DNA of 64,000 nucleotides from Flagellimonas sp. Lineage in GTDB: Bacteria; Bacteroidota; Bacteroidia; Flavobacteriales; Flavobacteriaceae. Positions 51,931 to 63,261 of this stretch are shown here, piece after piece; the first letter of the stretch is position 1, and each line of letters opens with the position of its first letter. The notes beneath the pieces were generated by a model, which saw only the letters and a list, made by a program, of their open reading frames with translations, was not told the DNA's origin and ran no database searches. The position numbers and the translations under genes are program-made. The stretch covers positions 2,374,990 to 2,438,989 of the forward strand of contig NZ_OZ271837.1 of assembly GCF_965601775.1 (NCBI RefSeq). The letters run 5' to 3'.

Positions 51931-53006
51931 AGGAATACAAAGTCTTGGGTATGATGTCAGGGACCTCATTGGATGGTCTGGATTTGGCTTTTTGCCGCTT
52001 CTCCAAGAGTGACCAGAAATGGAATTTTTCAATAGAAAAGACCACAGCAATTTCCTATGACACGACCTGGAAAAATCGATTAAAACACGCCATTCACTTA
52101 AGTGATAAGGAGCATGATACTCTGGACCACGAATATGGCGTTTGGCTGGGTAAACAAGCCAAACAATTCTTGGAAGATGCCCAGGAAGAAGTGGATTTCA
52201 TAGCCAGTCATGGTCATACTTCCCATCATAGACCTGAGGAAGGTTTTACTTTTCAGTTGGGCAATGGGCAGGAATTGGCCAATGCTTCGGGTCAAAAAGT
52301 AATCTGTGACTTTCGAACAAAAGATGTAAAATTAGGAGGGCAAGGAGCACCTTTGGTACCTATTGGTGACCATTTGCTTTTTGGAAAATATGATTTTTGC
52401 TTGAATCTGGGAGGAATCAGCAATGTTTCCTTTGTAAAAGAGGGTAAAAGAAAAGCCTTGGATATTGGAATGGCCAATATGCCGTTGAACCATATTACAC
52501 AGAAAATTAACCTGGAATATGACGAAAATGGTCAATTGGCGCAAAGTGGAAAACTTCTTCCAGAACTCAAAACAGCCTTGGACAATTTGGAATACTACAC
52601 CCTTCCGCATCCAAAATCCACGGGGTATGAATGGTTTCTAGCCGATGTGGTTCCGTTAATTGAAAACTCGGAAGGAAGTGTGCCGGATTTGCTACATACC
52701 CTGATTCACCACAATTGTGAGCAAATAGCATCGGAAATTGCAAAATTCAGAACTAAATCGAATAATACCATGTTTGTCACCGGTGGTGGCGCATTCAATT
52801 CATTCTTTATGGAAACCCTACAACAGAAACTCGGAAATTCTTTTACATTAAAGATTCCGAACAAAACGCTAATTGCCTTTAAGGAAGCTTTGGTTTTTGC
52901 ATTAATGGGTGTCCTACGGGAAGAAAACCAAACCAACATTTTTGCGTCGGTTACAGGAGCAAGGGAAAATAGCTGTAGCGGAGAAGTTTTTTTTCCTAAC
53001 GTGTAA
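51927..53006 (+). CDS. anmK: Anhydro-N-acetylmuramic acid kinase
   Basis: LGMMSGTSLDGLD, ASHGHT, DFRTKDVKLGGQGAPLVP, NLGGISN, GGGAFN, KEALVFA. Confidence 0.95.
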   Translation: MKEYKVLGMMSGTSLDGLDLAFCRFSKSDQKWNFSIEKTTAISYDTTWKNRLKHAIHLSDKEHDTLDHEYGVWLGKQAKQFLEDAQEEVDFIASHGHTSHHRPEEGFTFQLGNGQELANASGQKVICDFRTKDVKLGGQGAPLVPIGDHLLFGKYDFCLNLGGISNVSFVKEGKRKALDIGMANMPLNHITQKINLEYDENGQLAQSGKLLPELKTALDNLEYYTLPHPKSTGYEWFLADVVPLIENSEGSVPDLLHTLIHHNCEQIASEIAKFRTKSNNTMFVTGGGAFNSFFMETLQQKLGNSFTLKIPNKTLIAFKEALVFALMGVLREENQTNIFASVTGARENSCSGEVFFPNV

Positions 53007-53011
53007 ACATC

Positions 53012-54223
53012 CTATTTTGCTGTCGCAAGTTTCCGGGACCTTTTCGCCATCCAAAAGATAGCTACGGAAATAAGTCCGCAAATGGCCAATCCCAGAAAAA
53101 GGGGAAGTACCTCATCCTCCACATAACTCCCTATGAAGGTTGCTATGGGAATTGCAATTACAGTGGAAATAAACCCGTTAATTGCTGCACCTATTCCCGC
53201 GATATGCCCTATGGGCTGCATCGCAATGGACCGAAAGTTTCCCCACATGAAACCCAAGCAAAAGAATTGAAGGAATAAAAAGACGATAAGCACAAGAACG
53301 CTAGGATTTCCAGTCTGCCAAAAAAGTAAAACGAATAATAAAGCAACCGCGCAAAAAGCGAGTAAAGCCATATAGGAAAGTTTCCACATGCCATAGCGTA
53401 AGACCAAGGTGCCGTTTGAAAATGTTGAAACACCTATAGAAATGGATAGACCCGCAAAAATGTAGGGAAAGGAATCCTTAAGACCATATAAATCCTCAAA
53501 AATATGTTGTGAAGCACTCAAATACACCAAAAAAGCTCCCGTTATAAATCCAGAAGCCAAGGTAAAAGCAACCGTTTCTTTATAGCGCATAAACTCCTTC
53601 AGTCCATCAATAAAAACATGTCTTGTAAATGGAATTTTATATTCAGGTTTCAGGGTTTCAGGTTGACGTCTCCAAAACCATAACCCAACTAGCAATGTGC
53701 ATACCAACTGCACGTAAAAAATAGCCTGCCAATTTGAAACATCCAAGATGATTTTCCCTATAGACGGAGCCACTACGGGCACCAAAATAAAAAAGGCAGT
53801 GACAAAAGACATTACGCGAGCCATGAGATCACCGCTATAAGTATCTCGAATAATGGAAATAGCAATACTTCGGGCAACAGAAAGTCCAATGCCTTGAAGT
53901 ATCCGACCTACAATCATCCATTCCAAATTCGGAGCCCAAAGACATATAAAACTAGCGATGGCAAAAACCACCATCCCCAGATAAACCACTGGCTTCCTTC
54001 CATAGGAATCAGAAAGGGGGCCAAAAAACAACTGGCCCAAGCCCAATCCTAAGAAAATCATGGTTATCAACTTCTGATTCTCCGTTGGGTCAAAACTGTT
54101 TATGGTTTCACCAATATTTGGAATTGCGGGCAATAAAGTATCAATGGACAGCGCTACAATCGACATAAGCGCCGCCATTAAGGCCATGAATTCAAAACTT
54201 GGTTTCTGGTTTTCTTTTTGCAT
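53012..54223 (-). CDS. Bcr/CflA family multidrug efflux MFS transporter
   Basis: ALSIDTLLPA, GPLSDSYGRKP, GRILQGIG, IIRDTYSGDLMARVMS. Confidence 0.9.
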   Translation of the reverse strand: MQKENQKPSFEFMALMAALMSIVALSIDTLLPAIPNIGETINSFDPTENQKLITMIFLGLGLGQLFFGPLSDSYGRKPVVYLGMVVFAIASFICLWAPNLEWMIVGRILQGIGLSVARSIAISIIRDTYSGDLMARVMSFVTAFFILVPVVAPSIGKIILDVSNWQAIFYVQLVCTLLVGLWFWRRQPETLKPEYKIPFTRHVFIDGLKEFMRYKETVAFTLASGFITGAFLVYLSASQHIFEDLYGLKDSFPYIFAGLSISIGVSTFSNGTLVLRYGMWKLSYMALLAFCAVALLFVLLFWQTGNPSVLVLIVFLFLQFFCLGFMWGNFRSIAMQPIGHIAGIGAAINGFISTVIAIPIATFIGSYVEDEVLPLFLGLAICGLISVAIFWMAKRSRKLATAK

Positions 54224-54310
54224 TGGGCAAAATTAGTCAACCTTGAAAGACCATGTATCCTTTCTAGTAAGTATTTAACTTAAGTTAATAACAACTTTCC
54301 ACTTATCGGA

Positions 54311-55852
54311 TTATAGCGGAATATTCCCGTGCTTTTTCTTAGGAGTTTGCACTTCTTTTTTCTCCAACATAGCAAATGCTTTTAACAGCTTTCTACGCGT
54401 ATTTTTGGGAAGGATTACCTCATCAATAAAACCTCTTCTTGCCGCACGGTAGGGATTGGCAAACTTATCCGCATACTCGGCTTCTTTTTCCTTCAATTTC
54501 GCCTCTGGGTTATCTGCCGCGGCAATCTCTCGCCTAAATATGATTTCACTGGCACCTTTTGCACCCATTACGGCAATTTCTGCGGTGGGCCATGCAAAAT
54601 TAAAATCAGCACCAATGTGCTTGGAGTTCATCACATCGTAGGCACCGCCATATGCCTTTCTGGTAATGACGGTTACACGAGGCACGGTTGCCTCGCTAAG
54701 GGCATATAAGAGTTTTGCTCCATGCATAATAATTCCATTCCATTCTTGGTCAGTTCCCGGAAGGAATCCTGGCACATCAACCAAAACCAATAAAGGGATA
54801 TTGAATGCATCACAGAACCTAGTAAATCGAGCCGCTTTTTGGGAGCTCTTTACCCCAAGTACACCTGCTAAAAACATGGGTTGATTGGCAATGATTCCTA
54901 CACTTCTACCTCCCAACCGGGCAAAACCAACTATGATATTTTCCGCATAATCCTTGTGAATTTCATAAAAGGAATCCTCGTCTATGATACCATTTATGAT
55001 ATCATGCATGTCGTATGGTTTGTTCGGATTATCTGGAACAATTTTGGAGAGTTCCTCACGTATTTCATCCCCTAACTCATAGGGCTTGTGCTTGGGAATC
55101 TCCTTATTGCTCTGTGGAAGGTAATCCAATAGTTTTTTGATATCATCCAAGCAAGCGGCATCATTACTGGAAGTCTTATGTGCCACGCCGGACTTCACCG
55201 CATGGGTGCTGGCGCCACCTAACTCTTCTGAACTCACTTCCTCATTGGTAACGGTTTTTACAACATTGGGTCCCGTCACAAACATATAGCTGGTCTCTTC
55301 TACCATGATGATAAAATCCGTCATAGCCGGGGAGTACACCGCTCCACCAGCACAAGGTCCCATAATAGCAGAAATTTGAGGAATTACTCCGGAAGCCTGA
55401 ACGTTTCGATAAAAGATATCGGCGTACCCCCCCAAAGATTTCACTCCTTCCTGAATTCGTGCACCTCCGGAATCGTTCAATCCAATGACCGGTGCTCCTA
55501 CCTTCATGGCCAAATCCATCACCTTGCAGATTTTCTCCGCATGGGTTTCCGACAATGCGCCACCAAATACGGTAAAATCTTGAGCATAGACATAGACCAA
55601 TCTTCCATTTATAGTACCATACCCAGTTACCACCCCATCTCCAAAGTAGATTTCCTTATCCATTCCAAAATCCGTGGTTCTATGGGTTACCAAAATACCC
55701 ATCTCTTCAAAAGAACCTTCATCCAATAAGTATTGGATTCGTTCCCTGGCCGTTAATTTTTTCTTGGCATGTTGTTTTTCTATACGCTTCTCACCACCTC
55801 CTAAATGGGCTTGGTCAATTCGTTCTTTAAGGGTCCTTAATTTGGAATCCAT
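54311..55852 (-). CDS. pccB: Acyl-CoA (propionyl-CoA) carboxylase beta subunit
   Basis: GKLTARER-like start, [46 protein letters not shown]. Confidence 0.92.
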   Translation of the reverse strand: MDSKLRTLKERIDQAHLGGGEKRIEKQHAKKKLTARERIQYLLDEGSFEEMGILVTHRTTDFGMDKEIYFGDGVVTGYGTINGRLVYVYAQDFTVFGGALSETHAEKICKVMDLAMKVGAPVIGLNDSGGARIQEGVKSLGGYADIFYRNVQASGVIPQISAIMGPCAGGAVYSPAMTDFIIMVEETSYMFVTGPNVVKTVTNEEVSSEELGGASTHAVKSGVAHKTSSNDAACLDDIKKLLDYLPQSNKEIPKHKPYELGDEIREELSKIVPDNPNKPYDMHDIINGIIDEDSFYEIHKDYAENIIVGFARLGGRSVGIIANQPMFLAGVLGVKSSQKAARFTRFCDAFNIPLLVLVDVPGFLPGTDQEWNGIIMHGAKLLYALSEATVPRVTVITRKAYGGAYDVMNSKHIGADFNFAWPTAEIAVMGAKGASEIIFRREIAAADNPEAKLKEKEAEYADKFANPYRAARRGFIDEVILPKNTRRKLLKAFAMLEKKEVQTPKKKHGNIPL

Positions 55853-55857
55853 AGGTT

Positions 55858-57300
55858 TTAGTTTGTTGGAAGTTGGACTGTTTTTTGGTCTTCGAAATAT
55901 AATTTTAGAGCAATCATGGCCGCAACTTCGGCCTCGTCTGCGCTTTTTTCTTTTATTGCCTCTGGGGAATAATAGTTTTTCACAAAATGGGTATCAAAGT
56001 TCCCCGACCGGAAGGCTTCATGCTCAAAAACGAAGGTCCCGAAAGGTAAAGTGGTCTGTACTCCCTTTATTTTATAGTCTTCAATAGCTTTTAAAATCAA
56101 CTCGATAGATTCTTCCCGGGTTTTACCATAGGTAATCAATTTGGAAAGCATGGGGTCATAATAAATCGGCACATCCATACCTTCTTCAAACCCATTATCC
56201 ACACGAACTCCCTCTCCTTCGGGCAATCTGTAGGTTTCCAACTGTCCAACGCTAGGCAGAAAGTCATTCAATGGGTCCTCAGCATACACCCGGAGTTCCA
56301 TAGCATGTCCCGTAATGGATAAATCGCTTTGTTTTAAAGGCAACTCTTCACCTCGAGCAACTTTAATTTGAAGTTCCACCAAGTCTACTCCTGTAATCAA
56401 TTCCGTTACTGGATGCTCCACCTGTAAACGGGTATTCATTTCCAGGAAGTAGAAATTCATATCGGCATCCATTAAAAACTCAACCGTACCCGCTCCTACA
56501 TAATCACAGGCCTTGGCAACCTTGGTTGCTGCTTCCCCCACGGCATTCCGCAATTCTGGAGTCAATAGCGATGAAGGGGCTTCTTCCACCACCTTTTGGT
56601 GCCTTCGTTGGATACTACATTCCCTCTCAAAGAAATGAAGCACGTTTCCATGTGTATCTGCCATCACCTGGATTTCAATATGCCTTGGCGAGGTCACATA
56701 TTTCTCCAAAAACACGGAACCATCCCCAAAAGCCGAGGTTGCTTCACTAATGGCCCTTTCCATTTGCGATTCGAAATTCGCTTCGTCATCCACAATCCGC
56801 ATTCCTTTTCCTCCTCCTCCAGCGGAAGCTTTAATCAAAATCGGATATCCGATTTCGGAAGCAATTTTCTTGGCTTCTTTCACATCTGTAATCGCCTCAT
56901 CAATACCAGGGACCATGGGAATATTATAATCCTTAACTGCTTCCTTCGCTTCTAGCTTACTCCCCATAATGCGGATGGCTTTGGATTTAGGTCCAATGAA
57001 TGTGATACCGTTCTTTTCTACCGCTTCCGCAAAGTCTGCATTTTCACTCAAAAAACCGTATCCGGGATGGATGCCATCAACGTTAAGTTTTTTGGCCACC
57101 TCAATAATTTTATCCCCGACTAAATAGGATTGATTGGAAGGTGCCGGCCCTATGCATACCGCTTCATCAGCAAAACGCACATGTGGCGCGTTGCGATCTA
57201 CTTCAGAAAATACCGCCACAGTTCTGATTCCCATTTTCTTCGCAGTTCGCATTACCCGCAAGGCAATTTCTCCGCGATTGGCTACCAATATTTTTTTCAT
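55858..57300 (-). CDS. accC: Biotin carboxylase subunit of acyl-CoA carboxylase
   Basis: [54 protein letters not shown]. Confidence 0.93.
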   Translation of the reverse strand: MKKILVANRGEIALRVMRTAKKMGIRTVAVFSEVDRNAPHVRFADEAVCIGPAPSNQSYLVGDKIIEVAKKLNVDGIHPGYGFLSENADFAEAVEKNGITFIGPKSKAIRIMGSKLEAKEAVKDYNIPMVPGIDEAITDVKEAKKIASEIGYPILIKASAGGGGKGMRIVDDEANFESQMERAISEATSAFGDGSVFLEKYVTSPRHIEIQVMADTHGNVLHFFERECSIQRRHQKVVEEAPSSLLTPELRNAVGEAATKVAKACDYVGAGTVEFLMDADMNFYFLEMNTRLQVEHPVTELITGVDLVELQIKVARGEELPLKQSDLSITGHAMELRVYAEDPLNDFLPSVGQLETYRLPEGEGVRVDNGFEEGMDVPIYYDPMLSKLITYGKTREESIELILKAIEDYKIKGVQTTLPFGTFVFEHEAFRSGNFDTHFVKNYYSPEAIKEKSADEAEVAAMIALKLYFEDQKTVQLPTN

Positions 57301-57306
57301 GGAATC

Positions 57307-57792
57307 TTATTCGAAGGTTAATAATATTTGTTTCTTATCGACTGCCTCCCCTTGGTTCACCGATATTTTTTTGACCACGCCGTTTCTAGGAGATGCAATG
57401 CTATTCTCCATTTTCATTGCTTCCAAAATGAGAAGTGGGTCGTTTTCATTCACTTCCTGTCCCTCTTTTACCATGATATCCAAAATAAGTCCCGGCATTG
57501 GGGCTTCAATTGAGGATATATTTTTCGCCCCATTGGCAGCGAATCCCATTTTGTCTATTAAGTGAAGTAAAGGCGTTTTGACCGACGTCGTATATTCAGC
57601 ACCGTTTACCTTCACTATATATTGTAAATCATTAAAATTGCGGTTTATCAATTCGATATGATAGGACTGCCCATTCTTTAAAATATGGAAAGTGTTTTTT
57701 GAAGTCTGTAAAACATCTAATTGGACAATATCTTCTTGGGTGAGCTGAAATTCATGGTCTTCATTTACCATGATGGAATAGGATTCTTCCAT
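57307..57792 (-). CDS. Biotin carboxyl carrier protein subunit
   Basis: APMPGLI, EAMKMEN biotinylation motif. Confidence 0.93.
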   Translation of the reverse strand: MEESYSIMVNEDHEFQLTQEDIVQLDVLQTSKNTFHILKNGQSYHIELINRNFNDLQYIVKVNGAEYTTSVKTPLLHLIDKMGFAANGAKNISSIEAPMPGLILDIMVKEGQEVNENDPLLILEAMKMENSIASPRNGVVKKISVNQGEAVDKKQILLTFE

Positions 57793-57985
57793 GAAATAGA
57801 TGGCCTTTTGTTATTTAGTTAAAGATACGGTTTAAGGGGTAATCCAATGCAAATCTAAGTGCACATTCTTTTCCATTCTATGACAGGTGTCATGTGTTTG
57901 TTCAAAAACAAATCCTACCTATGCAAAGCGTATCGATGGATGAAAAACATATCAAATGTTTACTTTTGATATCAAAATTTTATCA

Positions 57986-58594
57986 ATGCTCATTATAGGA
58001 ATTGCCGGAGGTACTGGGAGTGGAAAAACCACCGTGGTCAATCAAATTGTGGAAGAACTACCCGAAAATGAAGTGGGTGTCATTTCCCAAGATTCGTATT
58101 ACAATGACCTATCCGATTTGAGCAAAGAAGAAAGGGGACAGGTAAATTTTGACCATCCCAATTCCATCGACTTTGATTTATTGATTAAGCATTTGGAACT
58201 GCTTCGACAGGGGGAAACCATTGAAAAGCCTATTTATTCCTTTGTAGAGGAAACCCGTTTGGAAGAAACAATTTCCGTCCATCCAAGAAAGGTGATGATT
58301 GTTGAAGGCATTTTGGTCTTGAGCAATCCCAAATTGCGGGAGATGTTCGATATAAAGATTTATGTGCATGCAGATTCGGATGAAAGATTGATTCGAAGAT
58401 TACAACGGGATATACGAGAGCGAGGTCATGATTTGGAAAAGGTACTCTACAGGTACCAAAATGCGGTAAAGCCTATGCATGAGCAGTTCATTGAGCCCTC
58501 AAAAGAATTTGCAGACCTTATCATACCCAACAACCATTACAACACCGTTGCGGTCGATATGGTACGAACCATTATTAATGATAAGTTGCACTAA
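57986..58594 (+). CDS. udk: Uridine kinase
   Basis: IGIAGGTGSGKTT, SQDSYY, NFDHP, IVEGIL; start moved to MLIIG because TACTTTTG (57961-57968) lies in the ORF-track extension. Confidence 0.95.
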   Translation: MLIIGIAGGTGSGKTTVVNQIVEELPENEVGVISQDSYYNDLSDLSKEERGQVNFDHPNSIDFDLLIKHLELLRQGETIEKPIYSFVEETRLEETISVHPRKVMIVEGILVLSNPKLREMFDIKIYVHADSDERLIRRLQRDIRERGHDLEKVLYRYQNAVKPMHEQFIEPSKEFADLIIPNNHYNTVAVDMVRTIINDKLH

Positions 58595-58927
58595 ATGGGA
58601 CTCAAGGAACTTAGACAAAAAAAATGGTTCAAAATAATGACCAACATGTATGTCTTGGTCTTGACCATTTTTGTGATTTGGATGGCTTTTTTTGATACCA
58701 ACTCTTTGTTGATTCATTTGGAGTTAAGAAAAGAAATCAAAAAGCTGGAAAAACAGAAGGAGTTTTTGAAAGGGGAAATTGCCAAGGACCAAGAGGTACT
58801 TGAAAAACTCTCGGACTCCAGCGAATTGGAAAAGTTTGCTAGAGAGAAATACTATATGAAAAAGGAAAACGAGGAGATTTTTTTAATTGAATATGAGGAC
58901 AGCCTAAAGATCAAGAAAAATGAGTAA
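58595..58927 (+). CDS. FtsB/DivIC family septum formation initiator
   Basis: One TM helix, coiled coil, LEKFAREKYYMKKENEEIF. Confidence 0.88.
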   Translation: MGLKELRQKKWFKIMTNMYVLVLTIFVIWMAFFDTNSLLIHLELRKEIKKLEKQKEFLKGEIAKDQEVLEKLSDSSELEKFAREKYYMKKENEEIFLIEYEDSLKIKKNE

Positions 58928-60290
58928 ATCCGGTTTGTTTGATGAATTTCCACAAGTTTCCGCTAAGCAATGGAAACAAAAAATACAGTATGATCTTAAG
59001 GGAGCAGATTACAACGAAACCTTGGTATGGGAATCTCCTGAAGGCATTAAAGTAAAGCCCTTTTATCATGCTGAGGATTTGGATAAAACTATTCCCAGCT
59101 ATGGACAAAAAAAATGGTGTGTTGCGCAAATCATTTATGCTGGTGATGTTTCAAAAGCCAACTTAAAAGCTCACGACATTTTGAAAAAGGGAGTGGAAAC
59201 TCTGATTTTCACCATCCCCGACCCCAAAATTGACCTTGTTGGTTTATTGAAGGGAATTGATTTAGCCACGGTTCCAGTCCATTTCAACTTTGAGTTTTTA
59301 GCCATTGAGCCTCTTAAAACTTTATTTTCCTTTGTAAAGGATAAGGAAGCCCAAGTGTACTTTCATATAGACCCAATCGGAAATTTAGTTAGAACTGGCA
59401 ATTGGCACCACTCCCAAAAAGAAGATGAAGCAATTCTGGGGGAACTTGTAAAACAAACATCAACAGGAAGCAATATAGCCACTTTAGTAGTTGATATATC
59501 CTTGTATCAAAATGCTGGTGCCGATATGGTACAACAATTGGCGTACGGCCTTGCACATGCCAACGAATATTTGAACAAATTCCAATCCAATTTTCCAAAA
59601 CCTATTTTTAAAGTGGCCGTTGGCGGCAACTATTTCTTTGAAATAGCTAAAATCAAAGCTTTGCGTTGGCTTTGGTCAACCTTAGCATCTGCCTATGGAA
59701 TAGACAAAATGTGCCATATACTTGCCATTCCCTCAAAAAGGAATAAAACCCTATATGACTATAATGTCAATATGCTGAGAAGCACTTCTGAATCTATGTC
59801 GGCTATATTGGGGGGAGCTGATACGGTTTGCAATGTACCCTACGATGCACTTTATCACAAAGACAATGAGTTTGCCGAGCGAATTGCCAGAAATCAATTG
59901 GTACTGCTGAAGGAGGAAAGCTATTTTGAGGAAGCTTCCCGAGCCACGGAAGGAGCATACTACATCGAATCGCTCACCCAACAATTGGCTGAAAAGGCAC
60001 TGGCCTTATTCAAACAAATTGAGGCCTCAGGAGGTTTTTTGGACTCACTATATAAAGGGAAAATTCAACAGAAAATAAAAGAAAGTGCGGCAAAGGAGCA
60101 AGACCTTTTCGATGAAGGTAAAACCACTTTGGTTGGCACCAACAAATATCAAAATCCGAAAGACCGAATGAAAGATGATCTGGAACTCTATCCTTTCATG
60201 AAAAAGCGGTCGGAAAAAACCCAAATAGTTCCCATCATTGAAAAAAGATGGGCAGAGGAATTGGAACAAAAAAGATTGGATGATGAGTAG
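58920..60290 (+). CDS. mutA: Methylmalonyl-CoA mutase small (beta) subunit
   Basis: [38 protein letters not shown]; lacks the B12-binding DxHxxG motif. Confidence 0.9.
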   Translation: MSKSGLFDEFPQVSAKQWKQKIQYDLKGADYNETLVWESPEGIKVKPFYHAEDLDKTIPSYGQKKWCVAQIIYAGDVSKANLKAHDILKKGVETLIFTIPDPKIDLVGLLKGIDLATVPVHFNFEFLAIEPLKTLFSFVKDKEAQVYFHIDPIGNLVRTGNWHHSQKEDEAILGELVKQTSTGSNIATLVVDISLYQNAGADMVQQLAYGLAHANEYLNKFQSNFPKPIFKVAVGGNYFFEIAKIKALRWLWSTLASAYGIDKMCHILAIPSKRNKTLYDYNVNMLRSTSESMSAILGGADTVCNVPYDALYHKDNEFAERIARNQLVLLKEESYFEEASRATEGAYYIESLTQQLAEKALALFKQIEASGGFLDSLYKGKIQQKIKESAAKEQDLFDEGKTTLVGTNKYQNPKDRMKDDLELYPFMKKRSEKTQIVPIIEKRWAEELEQKRLDDE

Positions 60291-62352
60291 AAAAGACCTT
60301 CAACAGCTAGCCCTTAATAAAAAAACTGCTTCTAACTCTCAGGAACTCTATCATCAGAATTTCGCTGCGGGTATGCCGCCCTTTTTACGTGGCCCCTACT
60401 CCACCATGTATGTGAGGCGACCCTGGACCATTCGACAGTATGCAGGATTTTCTACAGCAGAAGAAAGCAATGCTTTTTACCGAAGAAACTTGAAGGCCGG
60501 TCAAAAAGGACTTTCGGTAGCTTTTGACCTTCCTACCCACCGCGGTTATGATAGTGACAACGAACGGGTGGTTGGCGATGTTGGAAAAGCGGGTGTGGCC
60601 ATTGACTCCGTAGAGGATATGAAAATACTATTTGATGGCATTCCTTTGGATAAGATGTCAGTATCCATGACCATGAACGGAGCTGTTTTACCCGTTATGG
60701 CGTTCTACATTGTGGCTGCTGAAGAACAAGGGGTATCCATGGAAAAACTGGCTGGGACCATTCAGAATGATATTTTGAAAGAGTTTATGGTACGAAATAC
60801 CTATATCTACCCTCCCATGCCATCCATGCAAATTGTTGCTGATATTTTTGAGTTCACCAGCCAACATATGCCCAAGTTCAACAGTATTAGTATTTCAGGA
60901 TATCACATGCACGAGGCTGGTGCGCCTGCGGCCATGGAGTTGGCCTATACGTTAGCTGATGGAATTGAATACATTAAAACTGGTATTAAAGCTGGACTCA
61001 AAATTGATGACTTTGCTCCCAGACTATCTTTCTTCTGGGGAATTGGCATGAATCATTTTACTGAGATTGCCAAAATGAGGGCGGGTCGCATGCTTTGGGC
61101 CAAACTGGTAAAAGAATTTAAACCTGAAAACCCGAAGTCTTTGATGCTTCGTACCCATAGCCAAACAAGTGGATGGAGCTTAACAGAACAAGACCCTTTC
61201 AATAATGTGGCACGAACCACCATTGAGGCTATGGCAGCGGTATTTGGAGGCACCCAAAGCCTGCATACCAATGCTTTGGATGAAGCCATAGCGCTTCCTA
61301 CGGATTTTTCTGCACGAATCGCGCGAAATACACAGATTTACCTACAACAGGAAACCCATATTACCAAAACGGTAGACCCTTGGGCTGGAAGCCATTTGGT
61401 TGAAAAATTAACCCAGGAGATTGCCGATGAAGCCTGGGAATTGATTCAAGAGGTTGAAAAATTGGGAGGAATGACCCAAGCCATTGAGGCTGGCATTCCC
61501 AAAAAACGCATTGAGGAAGCCGCAGCCAAAAAGCAGGCTAGAATTGATAGCGGTCAAGATACCATTCTCGGGGTAAACAAATACCAATTGGAAGACGAGG
61601 ATGACCTTCAGATATTGGAGGTGGACAATGCCATGGTTCGTAAACAGCAAATTGAACGCTTGGAACAAATAAAATCGACCCGAGATAATTCCTCGGTCCA
61701 AAAAATTCTTGAAAAAATTACAATAGCGTCCAAAAAAGCAATGAACCAAGATTCTGAGCGTGATAATTTATTAGCTTTAGCGGTTGAAGCTGCTCGAAGT
61801 AGGGCTTCCCTTGGCGAAATAAGTGACGCCATGGAAGCAGCTTACGGAAGGTATCGAGCAAAAATACAATCTTTTACAGGCGTGTACTCTAAGGAAATCA
61901 AGAACGATGCAAGTTTTGAAAAAGCCAAAACTATGGCTGATGCATTCGCTGAAAGAGAAGGTAGGCGGCCTCGTATCATGATTGCAAAAATGGGCCAGGA
62001 TGGTCATGATAGAGGGGCCAAAGTGGTGGCAACCGGATATGCCGACTTAGGTTTTGATGTGGATATTGGACCTCTTTTCCAAACCCCGGCGGAAGTTGCC
62101 AAACAAGCGGTTGAAAACGATGTCCATATTTTAGGTGTTTCTTCCTTGGCAGGTGGGCATAAAACCTTGGTTCCTGCCGTGATTAAGGAATTGGCCAATT
62201 ATGGACGCGAAGATATTGCCGTAATAGTTGGTGGAGTTATTCCGAAACAGGATTATAACAGTTTGTTTGAAAGTGGTGCGGTAGCGGTTTTTGGGCCAGG
62301 AACGAAAATCAGCGAAGCAGCCATAGAAATCTTAAATATTTTGATGGATTAA
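60283..62352 (+). CDS. scpA: Methylmalonyl-CoA mutase, catalytic subunit
   Basis: [31 protein letters not shown]12 motif QDGHDRGAK; start 60280 or 60283. Confidence 0.96.
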   Translation: MSRKDLQQLALNKKTASNSQELYHQNFAAGMPPFLRGPYSTMYVRRPWTIRQYAGFSTAEESNAFYRRNLKAGQKGLSVAFDLPTHRGYDSDNERVVGDVGKAGVAIDSVEDMKILFDGIPLDKMSVSMTMNGAVLPVMAFYIVAAEEQGVSMEKLAGTIQNDILKEFMVRNTYIYPPMPSMQIVADIFEFTSQHMPKFNSISISGYHMHEAGAPAAMELAYTLADGIEYIKTGIKAGLKIDDFAPRLSFFWGIGMNHFTEIAKMRAGRMLWAKLVKEFKPENPKSLMLRTHSQTSGWSLTEQDPFNNVARTTIEAMAAVFGGTQSLHTNALDEAIALPTDFSARIARNTQIYLQQETHITKTVDPWAGSHLVEKLTQEIADEAWELIQEVEKLGGMTQAIEAGIPKKRIEEAAAKKQARIDSGQDTILGVNKYQLEDEDDLQILEVDNAMVRKQQIERLEQIKSTRDNSSVQKILEKITIASKKAMNQDSERDNLLALAVEAARSRASLGEISDAMEAAYGRYRAKIQSFTGVYSKEIKNDASFEKAKTMADAFAEREGRRPRIMIAKMGQDGHDRGAKVVATGYADLGFDVDIGPLFQTPAEVAKQAVENDVHILGVSSLAGGHKTLVPAVIKELANYGREDIAVIVGGVIPKQDYNSLFESGAVAVFGPGTKISEAAIEILNILMD

Positions 62353-62487
62353 ATCCACTTAACCATCTTATAATTAAAACTTTAACTTTCTTTAACCTCT
62401 AATGTTAAGGTTATCCACGCTCTGTTAACAAAATACATTTTTTGGCATCGCAAATAATCGTATTTTTAGCCCCTAACTTACTATGAA

Positions 62488-63261
62488 ATGGGCAAAATCA
62501 TTGCTATTGCCAACCAGAAAGGTGGCGTAGGCAAAACCACTACTACGGTAAATTTGGCCGCGTCCCTAGGTGTACTTGAAAAGAAAGTGTTGTTGATTGA
62601 TGCAGACCCTCAAGCCAACGCAACCTCTGGATTAGGGATTGATGTGGATAGTGTGGAGAAAGGAACCTATCAGCTTTTGGAACATACTTTGGGTGTGAAT
62701 GACGTGATTATTGAAACGGACTCTCCCAATGTGGACCTTATTCCCGCTCACATCGATTTGGTTGCGATTGAAATCGAATTGGTTGATAAGGACAATCGGG
62801 AATACATGCTGAAGGAGGCTCTCAAAAGTCTTGGAGACCGATATGACTATATTCTCATTGACTGTGCTCCTTCCCTAGGACTTCTTACTTTAAATGCATT
62901 GACCGCGGCTGATTCAGTCATGATACCAATTCAATGTGAATATTTTGCTTTGGAAGGTCTGGGCAAACTATTGAATACGGTCAAAAGTGTTCAAAAAATA
63001 CATAACAACGATTTGGATATTGAAGGTATGTTGTTGACCATGTATGATTCCAGATTGCGGTTGTCCAATCAAGTTGTTGAGGAGGTTAAAAAGCACTTTG
63101 CGGACATGGTCTTTGATACCATAATACAAAGAAATGTCAGGTTGAGCGAAGCACCCAGTTATGGTGAAAGTATTATTAAGTATGACGCCAGTAGCAAAGG
63201 GGCCACCAATTACCTCAACTTGGCCAACGAAATTTTAAAGAAAAACAAGGAAAAAGTTTAG
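62488..63261 (+). CDS. parA: ParA/Soj chromosome partitioning ATPase
   Basis: NQKGGVGKTTT, DADPQANAT, DCAPSLG, PIQCEYFALEG, RLSEAPSYG. Confidence 0.96.
   Translation: MGKIIAIANQKGGVGKTTTTVNLAASLGVLEKKVLLIDADPQANATSGLGIDVDSVEKGTYQLLEHTLGVNDVIIETDSPNVDLIPAHIDLVAIEIELVDKDNREYMLKEALKSLGDRYDYILIDCAPSLGLLTLNALTAADSVMIPIQCEYFALEGLGKLLNTVKSVQKIHNNDLDIEGMLLTMYDSRLRLSNQVVEEVKKHFADMVFDTIIQRNVRLSEAPSYGESIIKYDASSKGATNYLNLANEILKKNKEKV

Noticed and set aside
62411-62419. TTATCCACG, a DnaA-box-like sequence upstream of parA
   Set aside because: Single site with one mismatch; no box cluster, no DUE and no parS palindrome seen.
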